Assembly: GCF_009914755.1 (NCBI RefSeq)
Contig: NC_060926.1
Reading direction: 5' to 3' (one strand)
DNA length: 64,000 nt
From: the human T2T-CHM13v2.0 reference genome, Homo sapiens
Within the stretch, counting starts at the first letter, position 1. Each line of letters begins with the position of its first letter. The notes under the pieces were generated by a model, which saw only the letters and a list, made by a program, of their open reading frames with translations, was not told the DNA's origin and ran no database searches. Below, in pieces: positions 38,401 to 54,156 of this stretch. The translations under genes were made by a program, and so were the position numbers.

Positions 38401-40371
38401 GTTCTTGCTGCACTTTATGCAAATAATCATGCCAAGTATAAAACTAAAGTCTATTTTGCAAACAGCTTAGTCCTATGATTATTTGTTTTTTAACAAAAAT
38501 GAAGACTGGAGAGAGAGAAATTATATTTCAAAACTTACACATTGGTCATTATGTTCTAAACTCATTAGTTATTTTTAAGTTTTTGCTTACACTTTTAAAC
38601 TAACCCTACTTATTCCTATGAACTAACCAGCAATCTCTGCCTGCAGCTTAAAAGGAACAAGAGAGATGGGTAATGTAAAAATCTGGATCAATATTCTAAT
38701 TCTGAGCAATTATCCTGCAAATCCTGCCAGGTGATAGAAATAAGAAAGATGTCCATCACTCAGAGGTTTTCTTTTTGGGAAGGTAAGACCAAGGGTGCTA
38801 ACCAAAGCCAAGCACCATGCACCCAAATCCTAGCAAGCATAACTATAGCCACCAGTTATCTGGGTGTGTCATAAGACATCCTTCTCTCTTGCTTGTTGGA
38901 GGGAGACTCAGTTCCATAGTTTCACCTTAGCATTCAGATTATGATAAGGAGTCCATGCAACATCCCACAGACACATTTGTCCCAAACTCAATTCTAAGCT
39001 TTGGGTCAAAGCCCTAGGAAAGAAAACTAGATATAAGAGATCCAGAGGCAGACAATAATGGAAGTTAAAAGGCACAGCATAGGTGAATGTGGCTGATTCC
39101 TGCAGATTAAGCCAAGCCCAAGCTTCCTGTTTCATAGATAAAGGCCACATTAGTATCCATGGCATAAATGAGATCTAGGTAATCCAAGGTTACTGATAGT
39201 AGGAGGGAAAAATACATAGGTGAGAGCAGACAATTCCTATTCTTTAGGCCCTCCCTGATTCATGGGTGCAAGCTGCTTTGCAACCCGTGGCGGCACCTGC
39301 CAAGGTCACCAGGATTTGGAGATACAAGAATGGAGGAGGGAAAGAGGATGCTCTTCCCTCTCTCCCTCATGTACCCCGGGTATCTGCTAGGAAGAGAAGG
39401 GAACCAGGGATACCCGCTCCTCTCTTTCTAGATGGGTTGTCATTCATCTTCAGTCTGTATCTCTCTCAAATGCATCCTGAGCCCCTGGGATTCCTTTGAA
39501 AAATGCCTTCTTTTTTCCTTTCTCCTCCTCTGTCCTCTCTTCACAGATAGGTAATTGTGTCTCTGTACTATGGAACACTCTCCTCAGATACATCCTCTAA
39601 ACTGGAAAGAGTTAATTTCCCAAACCTTAAACTGATTGGCTTAAGATTGGTCCCAGGGGAAGGGGACCCAGAAGCCTAACATGCTGGCAAGAGGATAAAG
39701 TTTTTTTTTTTTTTTTAACCAGTGGGGCTTTTGGCTTCCCGCTATCTCTGCAAACTAGTAAAAGAACTCAGGATGTTTGAGCTGTCCTTACCCTTCCCCT
39801 TGTTTCATTTTCATAGATGTTTTCTAATAACCCGGTTTGTCGTTTTTTGACTTCAGGCCATCAAACTCAGGTCATGCAACCAGAGCCTCTGACTACAGCC
39901 CCTTCTGTCAGGCATCCTTAGATAAGCCTCTGAGGGAGCTCTGACTGCAGTTCCCCAAAACAGTCAGTAGGATGCAGTTAAGACCCGTCTTCATCCTTAT
40001 CCTTTTCCTTATTCTAAGGGCAGTTAGATGCACTTCTTTAGAGGGGGGAATGAGACAGACAGGTGGCCAGGGGTCCTCAGAAAAACTCCACCTGACTTGC
40101 ACACCTGGTGGAGACACAGAAGTTCACGCCATTGTAGCGGGGAGGAGATTGGCCCCTTCTCTTCCTGTGGAAACTGGGATTCAAGCTGCAAGATGGGAAG
40201 TGCACCAGCAGGGACTCTGGCCTTCTGGAGAGTCACTGTTCCCTCTTTTTTTCATTTTCACCCAATAAAACCCTGCTTTACTCACCCTTCAAATTGTCTG
40301 CAAGCCTAAATTTTTGTGGCTGTGGGACAAGGACCCTGTTTTTAGCTGAACTAAGGAAAAGTCCTGCAACA
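35470..40371 (+). mobile_element. MER61 ERV1 (MER4 group) non-autonomous provirus, LTR-int-LTR
   Basis: LTRs 35470-35795 and 40051-40371 (tgagacagac..gtcctgcaaca, with AATAAA); degenerate tRNA-Lys-like PBS tggcacacagcataggac after the 5' LTR; PPT agaggggggaa 40040-40050; flanks atgg/atga. Confidence 0.85.
39432..39630 (+). pseudogene. Two tandem gag matrix-start relics in MER61-int
   Basis: 39432-39554 translates MGCHSSSVCISLKCILSPWDSFEKCLLF; from 39547, IGNCVSVLWNTLLRYIL*/NWKELISQTL. Both resemble the HERV9/HERV-W Gag start MGN...PL(K/R)CIL..WDQFDPQTL. Confidence 0.6.
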
Positions 40372-40557
40372 ATGATATTTAATTTTTTTCCTTTTTCATT
40401 TAATCCCTGCTTCAGCTTTATGATATAAGGGATTTATAATCCCTGATTCAGCCTTATGATTAATTTCCCATCCAGCAAAGCATTCACTCCAAAGCAGCAA
40501 CGTGGGCTTCTGTTGTTGGATCTAAGTTATGAAGAAAAACTGGAAATGTGAATTTTT

Positions 40558-42401
<1,844 letters not shown>

Positions 42402-42487
42402 TAAGTTTCCAATTTTTCTATTATTATTAATTGGCTTGATTTTTTTTCTTTTTCTTTTTTTTTAATTTATTTTTTAAAAATAAAAGG

Positions 42488-43573
42488 AAGTGGCTGGGGA
42501 CCCCGGTTGGGAGGCCCTGCCCAGTGAGGAGAAATGGAATCCAGAACCACTTTAAAAAGCAGTCTGCTCAAATTTTGGGAGAGCACCTGTGCTGTGCTGG
42601 GTCCACTTCAGCCCCTGATTGTCTCATACACTCCAAAGCCAAAAGGCTGGCACAACTGAGTTACCCAAACTGCAAAGATGGCAGCCAACTCTTCCCTCTG
42701 GGAGCTTGTCCCAGGGGATTTCAGATCTCTGTCGGCTGGGTAGCTCAGGCAGAGGTCCTGGTTTGGAGGTCCTGCCCAGTGAAAAGGAAAGAGATCAGGC
42801 ACCTGCTTAAAGTCAAGTTTTGGTTGAGCAGCTATGCTATACTGGGGGATCCTTTCCACCCTGGGTTGGCTTAGACTCTCCAAAGCCTGAAGGCTAGAAC
42901 AGCTAAGGAACCCAAACAGCAAATATGGTAGCCGAGACTTCCCGCTCTGGGAGCTCCTTCTTAGGAAGATGCAATGCCACTACTGGTAGCTGGCTGGAAT
43001 TCTACGCCAGTGGGTCTTCCCTGGTGAGGAGTCATGGAAGTGGGGCCCGCAGGCTGTTGCTGCTCAGTTCCTTTAATTCAGCCTCTTTCCGAGTGTTATG
43101 TATGGGAGTATAACCTCTCACTTTGCTGGAGCTGCAGCTGCTTTTGCTGGAAAGCCCGAATATCTAAGTCTCCAGGGTCTCTATGCATGCCCGAGGGGCT
43201 GCTCTGCCGAGACTCCACATAGCTGTCTGTCAGACTGAAGATTGAAGGCCCTGGAGGAGTGGGTTCACAAGGAGATCTCCTGACCTAAGGGTTGCCAAGT
43301 TCTGTTGGAGAAGCATTGTTTCCTGGGGTTGCTCATTCACTCATCACTTCCCTGGGCAGGGGAGAATCCCCTAGCTGCTTGTTGCTCCCGGGTGGGCAGT
43401 TGTTCTGTCTTTGCTTTTCTTCATTCTCTGTGGGTCAAGTTGTTTCCTTGATTAATCCCAATGTGAGTACCTTGATGTTTCTGTTGAAGTTACTGTATTT
43501 ACTTGTCTCTTCTGCTCCTCTTTGTGAGCGCCATGCATACTTGCTGCTTCTAGTTGGCCATCTTGGCCATTCC
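42488..43573 (-). mobile_element. Isolated old L1P 5'UTR (L1PREC2/L1PA13-15-like)
   Basis: Minus strand begins GGAATGGCCAAGATGGCCAACTAGAAGCAGC (YY1 motif 43556-43565); internal diverged repeats of about 250 bp; no ORF1/ORF2 follows. Confidence 0.8.
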
Positions 43574-46500
43574 TTGAGATTCACTTTGTAAACTCTTTTA
43601 AATATTTTGGGAACTTCTTATTAAAGAACCTAAAATCAATGAGGTCAAAGTTGAGCCTTGAGATGAGAGACTAACCTCAGATTTTCTTCTGAAGCTTTCT
43701 GCTAGACTCCTTTCTTTTTCTGCAGCAAGCACAGCATGATGTCCACTGTTTGAGGAAGCCAGGATTTTTCTATTTTGTTGTTCCACTGTGTAGGAGGTAT
43801 CTAGTTCCAAGGATACCTCATGGCTCAAGACAGTTTTGACTCCATTTTTAATCCAGCCTGTGAGCAAGCATCTTATTTCCCCAAGTCTAATAAATCAGAC
43901 AAAATTATTGACTCTTTCAATCCTCTACTGACAAAAATATTTACTATCCCAAGTACTCCTGTCTATCTCTATCCTACATAAATTCTGACAAATCATATTG
44001 TGCATATAAACGTAATTCACAGTTAGAGATCTATTTTCTTGTAATGTAATTTGGTCTAAAACATAGGATGATGACACGTCCTGTATGAATCAATTTTGTC
44101 TCATCATGCAAGCAGCACGATAACCATATACTCAAATACCCGGAGCTAAGTGTATGTGTGCATGGTGCACGATAATAAGTGAGTGGGGTCTTAAGGGAAA
44201 ATGGACCCTGATAACAAAAATAATGGGCCCAAGGTACCTGGTCTCATACGCTGATCTCATCAATCTCTGACATTATCATAACTAGATATGTCTGGGTGAA
44301 GTATTTAGTGAAGGAGAAGGGACTTAAAATATGCACAGCCTTCTGAGAAAATTATTTTAATTTTGGAGCTCTTTACACGACAAAGCCTTGGAACAAAGTT
44401 CTTTTTGATCTATGTATGATATGGATCCCAAAGCAGAACATTTCACACTTCATTTAACTTTCACAATTTATCATTCCCAAATAATACATCTAACTGACAT
44501 GCTATAAAATATTTTTGGAAGAAAAAAGCTAAAGGTCTATGGATGAATGATTGAGGGAATTGGAAGCCAGGTAAACCACACACCCGGATCATTTCGTGAG
44601 TATTAGAGATAATTGTCATGGTTCTGAGGCTAGGGCCTCAAGATGGAAGAAGGAGAATGGGGGATGAAGAGATCAGGCTGATAATGTGACTGTTGAATGA
44701 CAAATTTGTTCATCATACAGAGTATAATATCATCCATATGTTAGCTTTTAAATCATGTCCTTTATACATTTTCAAAGAAATAACTGCTGCCAGTTACAAA
44801 GGCTATTGGTAGTCATTTACATTTAGTCATAGCTCACCTGCTAGAGGCCTAACCCACAGCTGTAAATATAATATGATAATATTAAAACCACAATCACTGT
44901 TACTATACATGTAAAATACTTAAAAATAATTGTATATCTGGCCTGCATGACTTAGTGTTTTAAGACTTTTTTTATTCATATATATATCTTAGTATTAAGG
45001 AGTTTTTTTATCTTTATATTTTGTTTATTCTATGTTCATATTAATATAAATATTTAAAACTTAGTTTCTATTAATTTTTTCATAGACATATGCCATCTAT
45101 TTTTGTCAGCTTTTAAGATCTATGTCTAACATTTAAATATTAAATAGTTTTATCTCCATTTTAAAAAAAGCTAGTGTTGAATTACACATAGAGTTTTAGA
45201 AACTGTATCTTCCTCATGAAAGAACTTTTGTAGAAGTAACTTGTGTATTAAGTACATAGTATTAAGTAGAAGAATAAAGATGATGCCTGATGTGCTCAGA
45301 GATGCTCAACCTTTGACCCCCTAGTTCTTGGCCTCAGCAAAGAGTCCAGTGTTCAAACTGAATGCAGAAACAACTAGACAACTAGACTTCGAAGGGTGAT
45401 GAAGCCTTGGCCAAAGGGCATTTCAGAGGCTATAGGTGATGAGGAGGTGAGCAAAGGCTGATGGACTTCTCTGACTTTTGTTGTGATGAAAATTCCAAGG
45501 AATTTTTCATCATTGTTACTATAGGTGGTTAAGATTTTAAAGTGTCTGTTTTTAATGTTTCTAACTTAAATTATAAAAAGGTATGGAAAATGTTTTCTTT
45601 CATATTTCTAAGCAGAAACAGGCTTTTAGAAATACTCTGAGTTTAAAAATGCATAGGCAAACTCATGGATCAAGGTGTCCAAAGGAAAGTTAAATTTTCT
45701 CAATGATTTTCTGAACTCTGGATACTTTATATTTTTACTTATTTTTTTTTTTGTTGGTAACCAACATCAGCTCTTTTCTACCAAAAGCAGGTCTCTGTGA
45801 AGAATATTAGAACAGGGATGACAACCTTGGAGTAACCACTGGCATTCTCAAATCATATTACTAAGCATCCAAAATATAGTATATTCATTACTCAAAGTCA
45901 GCTGCACATATGAATGTGGTACTATTCCTTACTCAGACTTTTACATTGCATTTACAAATGTTGTCAATCAGCTAAAGTAAGTTTTATTTCTAGACAGATG
46001 AATAAATAAAGGAATTCATTGCCATTAATTTGAAGAGTTAACCTAGTTATGTATGAGATAGCTGTATGCACTGTCATTCTAAACAATTTAAAAGAAATTA
46101 GGGAACAGCTGACTGGGGAGCTTTAGAAGCTAGTGGGGAGAAAAAGAATAAAAAACAAAGAATAAATAATAGCCACAGGGGAAAGGGTATCACGAATCCT
46201 TACTACAACTTTCTAGGATAATTTTCTGGTGTACTTTAAAGATATACACTCTTACTAAAATTATTTACATTTGAAAGATGTCTTAGTACCATAAAGCAAG
46301 AAAAATAAACAAAAAGCATATAGTATAAAGAAAAAGTAGAGAACTTATCGTACTTATTCCCAGATTGTATGATTATTTAAAATCCATGAAATCTACAATA
46401 CAAAAAAACTAAAACTAATAACTGAAATAAGCAAGATCTCAGTATAGAAATTCAATATCAGTTGTATTTCCATATATAAATAATAAATACTTGAAAATAA

Positions 46501-47009
46501 AAATGAAAAATAATGTTTATAATAGAATAAAAGGACATGTGTAACATATGATACACAAAATTCCCACACTAAAATTAGAAACATTACTGAAAGCAGTTTA
46601 AAAGACCTAGATAAATGGAGAGGTAGTCTATGTTTCTGAATTGGAGAACTCAATATTGTTATCTCATTCATTCTTCACAAATTGGTCAATAGAATCAATG
46701 CGATACCAGTCAAAACCACATCCAACTCAACTGTAGAAATGTCCAGGTGATTCTTAATTTATATAAAAATGCAAAGGTCCTAGAATAGCTAAATCCACAT
46801 TGAAAAATAAGGCAAAACTGGAAGAATAACAACATCTGATTTTAGTACTATTAGCAATACAGGAATTCAAGCAGGGTAATATTAATGTGAGGATAGACAA
46901 ATACAACAGTGGAGGGAGTAGAGAGCCTAGAAACAGAATCACCAATTTGTGTTTGACAAGGGCACCTGAAAAATTCAATAGGAAAAATTCAATGAGAAAT
47001 AGTGCTGGA

Positions 47010-47090
47010 GGCTGCTCTGCCTATGGAGTAGCCATTCTTTTATTTCTTTACTTTCTCAATAAACATGCTTTCAGTTAAAAAAAAAAAGAA
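47010..47090 (+). mobile_element. Short polyadenylated ERV1 LTR (MER41/MER4-like R region) retrocopy
   Basis: ggctgctctgcctatggagtagccattcttttatttctttactttctcAATAAAcatgctttcagtt plus A tail; TSD agaaatagtgctgga (46995-47009) / agaaatagtgttaga (47091-47105). Confidence 0.8.
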
Positions 47091-47405
47091 AGAAATAGTG
47101 TTAGAATAAGTAGATATTACATGAAAAATATTGAATAAACCTTGAAAAACCTACCTTAGACCATACACAAACATTATTTTGTGATGTTTTATAGACCTAA
47201 ATATTACATCTTAACCTAGAAAATTTTGGAAGAAAATATAAAAGACTATCCTCATGACTGGAGTAGGCAAAATTATCTTAGAAAGGAAAGGAAATCTTTG
47301 AGCATATTAGAAATTGGTTAAGTAGGACTTTATCAAATTAAAACTTACGTTCTTCAGAAGACTAGTTTTAGAAAATGATGGCATGGATTTGGAGAAGATA
47401 TTAGA

Positions 47406-47406
<1 letters not shown>

Positions 47407-47437
<31 letters not shown>

Positions 47438-47447
47438 AGAGAGAGAT
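47407..47447. repeat. (GT)n(GA)n microsatellite
   Basis: Direct reading. Confidence 0.9.
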
Positions 47448-48159
47448 CATTTATATTTAGAATATATAATGAACTCTTACAACTCTAAAAAGACACCACC
47501 AAATAAAAATGTATGAAAAGTTGAACACAGATCTCAGACCAAAAGATATACAAATAGCCCATAGTACAGACATGTCTCATTTTATTATGCTTCACTTATT
47601 GTATTTTGCAGATGCTGCATGTTTTACAATTTGAAGGTTTGTGGCAACCCTGTGTCCAGAAAGTCTCTTAGCACCATTTTTCCAACAGCATGTGCTCACT
47701 TCATGTCTTTGTGTCACATTTTGGTAATTCTCACAGTATTTCTAATCTGTCCATTATTGTTATATCTGTTATAGTGATCAGTGATCTTTGATGTCACTAA
47801 GATAATATTTTTGGGGAGCTACATAAGATGGTGAATTTAATTGATAAATGTTATGTGGGTACTGACTGCTCTACTGACTGGCCGTTCCACTGTCTTTCTG
47901 TCTCCTCAGGACTCACTATTACCTGAGACACAACAATATTAAAATTAGGTCGGCTAATAACCCTACAATGGCCTCTGAATGGTCAAGTGACAGGAATAAT
48001 CTCACATCTAGCACTTTAAATCAAAAATTTAAATTATCAAGCTTAGTGAGGAAGGCATGTCAAAAGCCAAGATATACCGAAAACTGGGACTCTTGTACCA
48101 GTTAGCCAACTTGTAAAGGCAAATAAAAAGTATTGAAGGAAATTAAAAGTGCTACTCTA

Positions 48160-48829
<670 letters not shown>

Positions 48830-50459
48830 CTAGAGAAGAGCAACCTAATGCAAAACCTAATTGAATCTTACCTCTTCAATTCTACGAAGGCTGAAAGAGA
48901 TCACAAAACTGCACAAGAAAAGTTGGAAGCTAGCAGACGTTGTTTTATGAGATTGAAGGAGAGAAGTCATCTCTGTAAGATGAAAGTACAAAGTGAAGCA
49001 GTAGGTGTTGATGTAGAAGATGCAGCAATTTATGTAGAAGATTTAGCTAGGATACCTAATGAAGGTGGCTACACTAAGCAAAACAAATTTTCAGTGTATA
49101 CAAAACTGATGTCTATTGGAAGAAGGTGCCTTCTAGGATTTTCGTATCAAGAGAGGAGAAGTCGATCTCTGGCTTCAAAGCTTCAAAGACAAGCTGATGC
49201 TCTTGTTAGAAACAAATGCAGCTGGCGACTTTAAGCCAATGTTCATTTACCATTTTGATAATCCTAAAACCCTTAGGAATTATACTAAATCGACTTTGCC
49301 TGTGCTTTATAAGTGGAACAACAAAATCTGTATGACATCCCAGCTGTTTACAGCACGGTTTGCTGAATATTGAATGCCTACTATTGAGATCTATTTCTCA
49401 GAAAAAAAAAGATTCCTTATAAATATTACTACTGGTTAGCAAGGCACGTGGTTACACAAGAGCGCTGATGGCGATGTACAAGGAGATTACTGTTGTTTTC
49501 AGGCCTGCTAACATCCTTTCTGTGGCCAATGGCTAAAAAGTAATTTTGATTTTCAAGTCTTATTATTTAAGAAATACATTTTGTTAGGCTATAGCTTCCA
49601 TAGATAGTGATTCCTCTGATGGATCTGTGCAAAGTAAATAGAAAATCATCTGGAAAAGATTCACCATTCTAGATGTCATTAAGAATATTTGTGATTCATG
49701 AAAAGAGGTCCAAATATCAACATTAACATGTTTGGTAGAAATTGTTTCCAAACCTCATGAATGACTGAGGGATTCAAGACTTCAGTGGAGGAAGTGACTG
49801 CAGATGTGGTAAATAGCAAGAAAACTAGAAATATGAAGTGGAGCCTAAAGATGTGACTGAATTGTTGCCATCTCACTTTAAAACTTTAACAGATGAGAAG
49901 TTGCTTGGTATATGTGATCAAAGAAAGTGATTTCTTGAGATGGAATCTACTCCTGGTGAAAATGCTGTATACATTGTTGACATGACAACAAAGGATATTT
50001 AGAATATTCCACAAACTTAGTGGATAAAGCAGCAGCAGGGTTTGAGAGGATTGATACAAAGAAATCTTACATGAAAGAAATAGTCAATCAATGCAGCAAA
50101 CTTCATTGTTGTCTTATTTTAAGAAATTGCTACAGCCAGCCCCATCTTCAGCCACCACAACCCTGATCAGTTAGTCAGCAGCCATTTAAATAGAGGCAAG
50201 ATTCTCCACCAGCAAAGACTATGACTTGCTGAAGGCTCAGATGATCACTAGCATATTTTAATTAAAAGGTATTTTTAAAATACGATAGGCATATTATGTT
50301 TTTAGATATAATGCTACTGCACACTTAATGGACTATAGTATCTGCACTGGGAAACCAAAACATTTCCATGACTTGCTTTATTGCAATATCACTTTATACC
50401 ACTGTTCTGGAACTGAACCTGCAATATCTCCAAGTATGTCTTGGGATAATGGAATAATA

Positions 50460-50890
50460 CATTGTCAGTGAATAGTTATTTTATATATATATATATTTAT
50501 TATATATATATATTTATATTATATATATGTATGTTTATTTAAGACAAAGTCTCGCTCTGTCACACAGGCTGGAGTGCAGGGTGCCATCTTGGCTCACTGC
50601 AACCTCTGCCTCCTGGGTTCAAGCAATTCTCCTGCCACAGTCTCCCAAGTAGTTGGGACACTTCACCATGCCCAGCTAATTTTTGCATTTTTAGTAGAGA
50701 TGGGGTTTTGCCATGATGGCCAGGCTGGTCTCAAATTCCTGACCTCAAGTGATCCTCCAGCTTGGCCTCCCAAAGTGCTGGGATTACAGGTGTGAGCCAC
50801 CATGTTCAGCCAACAAATAGTAATATTTTGAAAGGAGTTTTTTTTTTTTTTTTTTTCTGAGCAGCAGTTCTCAATAGTGGGCTGAAAATA
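50460..50890 (-). mobile_element. Second Tigger fragment in inverted orientation, split by an Alu
   Basis: cattgtcagtgaatagt [Alu] aatagtaatattttgaaaggag(t)nctgagcagcagttctcaatagtgggct is the reverse complement of the Tigger segment also seen at about 49375-49440. Confidence 0.65.
50480..50811 (-). mobile_element. AluS with (TA)n-converted tail
   Basis: Reverse-complement Alu preceded by a TA microsatellite. Confidence 0.92.
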
Positions 50891-53535
50891 TAAAATAATT
50901 TAAAATAATTTTGTAAGATAACATTAATAAACATTTGAGTGAATATCTCTGTAAACTAAATTCTGATTTCTCATTATCATAGTTTAGTTTCACTTCTGAA
51001 TTCATAAATATGAAATCTGCAGTACATTTTTTAAAAAAAGTTTCTCACTGCTTGCAGAGGAAAAATAATACCTAGAAGAATACAGCAAATTATATAAATA
51101 AATTTATATAAAGACTTAAATCCTAAAAAAAAAAATACGGAACTCTTATCCTTTAAATTACCAAAGAAACATTACTCTTTTAGTTCACATTAAGTAAAAT
51201 TATTTTACATTAGCTTTGCTGTAATTTTATATTCATATTAATATTTCCAAACTCAATGCCTTTGAAATTATAGCAATGAAACTTTAATAGCTAAATGGTA
51301 GGAGAAAAATGAATACATAGCCAAAAACCACGATTGTAGCTTTCATGCGCATCCGTGTGAAGAGACCACCAAACAGGCTTTGTGTGAGCAATATAGCTTT
51401 TAATCACTTGGGTGCAGGTGGGCTGAGTCCGAAAAGAGAGTCAGCGAAGGGAGATAAGGGTGGGGCCGTTTTGTAGGATTTGGGTAGGTAAAGGAAAATT
51501 ACAGTCAAAGAGGGTTTGTTCTCTGGTGGGCAGGAGTGGGGGTCCCAAGATGCTCAGTGGGGGTGCTTTTTGAGCCAGGATGAGCCAAGAAAAGGACTTT
51601 TACAAGGTAATGTCATTACTTAAGGCAAGGACCGGCCATTTACACTTCTTTTGTGGTGGAATGTCATCAGTTAAGGTGGGGCAGGGCATATTCACTTCTT
51701 TTGTGATTCTTCAGTTACTTCAGGCCATCTGGGCGTATATGTGCAAGTCACAGGGGATGCGATGGCTTGGCTTGGCTCAGAGGCCTGACATTCCTGCCTT
51801 CTTATATTAATAAGAAAAATAAAAATAGTGTTGAAGTGTTGGGGTGGCGAAAATTTTTGGGGGTGGTATGGAGAGAGAATGGGAGATGTTTCTCAGGGCT
51901 GCTTCGAGTGGGGTTAGGGGTGGCATGGGAACCTAGAGTGGGAGAGATTAAGCTGAAGGAAGATTTTGTGGTAAGGGGTGATATTGTGGGGTTGTTAGAA
52001 GAAACTTTGTCATGTAGAATTATTGGTGATGGCCTGGATACAGTTTTGTATGAATTGAAAAACTAAATGGAATAAGAGAAGGAGAAAAACAGGTATAAAA
52101 GCACTAAGAATTGGGAGGACCCAGGACATCTAATTAGAGAGTGCCTAAGGAGATTCAGCATAGTCCTGCCAGCAAAGATTATTTATTTGCTTCAAGAGTT
52201 TAGAGTGGCGGTTTGGGGATAGCACCAGGAGATATCAGCTGTGATGGCTTGGAGAAACAGTCTAAACTGGCAGTGTAAACAAGAGCAGGTCATGTATGAG
52301 TAGTTGAGAATGGTGAATAGGAGTATGACTAGACAGAAGATAGTAGGGATGACAAGTTTTTTGGGGCACAGTCTAAGTTGGTCTGGTGTCGAATGAGACT
52401 GGGACCTAATAAAAAGGAGCGTCTATACAGGAGCTTAAGTGGGCTGTGCCTTGTAGCATTCTGAGGACAGGCCTGACTTCTGAGAAGCGAAAGTGGTAAA
52501 AGTATTGTCCAGTCCTTTTTAAGTTGGTGGCTGAGCTTGGTGAGGTGTGTTTTTAAAAGACCTTTAGTCTGTTCTACTTTTCTTGAAGATGGAGGACCGT
52601 AAGGGATATAAAGGTTTCACTGAATACTAAGAGCCTGAAAAACTGCTTGGCTGATTTGACTAATAAAGGCTGGTCTGTTATCAGACTGTATAGAGGTGGG
52701 AAGGCTAAACTGAGGAATTATGTCTGACAGAAGGGAAGAAATGACTGTGGTGGCTTTCTCAGACCCTGTAGGAAAGGCCTTTACTTATTCAGTGAAAGTG
52801 TCTATTTAGTCCAAGAGGTATTTTAGTTTCCTGACTCGGGACATGTTGAGTAAAGCTAATTTGCCAGTCCTGGGTGGGGGCAAATCCTCGAGCTTGAAGT
52901 GTAGGGAAGGGAGGGGGCCTGAATAATCCCTGAGGAGTAGTAGAATAGCAGATGGAACACTGAGAAGTTATTTCCTTGAGGATAGATTTCCACGATGGAA
53001 AGGAAATGAGAGGTTCTGAGAGGTGGGCTAGTGGCTTGTACTATAGCATAGCCTGCCTTTGCTGGTGTGTGGCAATTAGGCCTGGTGGAACTGCCATCAA
53101 TAAATCAAGAGTGATCAGGGTGAGGAACAGGAAAGAAGGAAATGTGAGGAAATGGGGTGAATATCAGGTGGATCAGAGAGATACAGTCATGGGGGTCAGA
53201 TGTGGTATCAGGAATAATGTGGGAGGCCGGATTGAAGTCCAGGCCAGGAACAGTGGTAATTGTGGGACTTAACAAAGAGTGAGTACAGCTGAAGGAGCCG
53301 GGGAACAGAAAGTATATGCGTCAGGTATGAGGAAGAAAATAGATTTTGGAAGTTATGAGAAATATAGACAGTGAGTTGAGCATAGTTTGTGATTTTTAGG
53401 GCCTCTAAAAGTATTAAAGCAGCAGCAGCTGCTGCACACAGACATGAGGGCTAGGCTAAAACAGTAAGGTCCAGTTGTTTGGACAGAAAGGCTACAGGGT
53501 GCGGTCCTGGCTCTTGTGTAAGAATTCTGACCGCA

Positions 53536-54156
53536 CTAACCATGCCTAGGAAGGCAAGGAGTTGTTCTTTTGTAAGGGATTGAGGTTTCGGAGATTAGTC
53601 GGACACGATCAGCAGGGAGAGCACGTGTGTTTTTACGAGAATTATGCCGAGATAGGTAACAGATGAGGATGAAATTTGGGCTTGACTGAAGTAATGGGGG
53701 CCGTCTGTGAAGCCTTGGGCAGTACAGCTCAGGTAATTTGCTGAGCCTAATGGGTGTCAGGGTCAGTCTAAGTGAAGGCAAAGAGAGGCTGGGATGAAGG
53801 GTGCCAAAGAATAGTAAAGCATGTTTGAGATTCAGAACAGAATAATGGGTAGTAGAGGGAGGTATTGAGGGTAGGAGAGTATATGGGTTTGGCACCATGG
53901 GGTGGATAGGCAAAACAATCTGGTTGATAAGGCGCAGATCCTGAACTAACCTGTAAGGCTTGTCTGGTTTTAGGACAGGTAAAATGGGGGAATTGTAAGG
54001 AGAGTTTATAGGCTTTAAAAGGCCATGCTGTAGCAGGCAAGTGATAACAGGCTTTAATCCTTTTAAAGCGTGCTGTGGGATGGGATCTTGACATTGAGCG
54101 GGGTAAGGGTGATTAGGTTTTAATGAGATGGTAAGGGGTGCGTGATCGGTCGCCAA
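53536..54156 (-). pseudogene. HERV-H pol (RT N-terminal) relic
   Basis: PYNSPILPVLKPDKPYRLVQDLRLINQIV..PNPYTLL, then frameshift/deletion; no YxDD. Confidence 0.9.

Larger units (their letters stand above)
46275..47564 (+). mobile_element. Old L1M/L1ME ORF2 3' fragment
   Basis: A-rich diverged ORF2-like sequence (aaagacctagataaatggagag..ttggagaactcaatattgt..agaatagctaaa). Confidence 0.7.
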
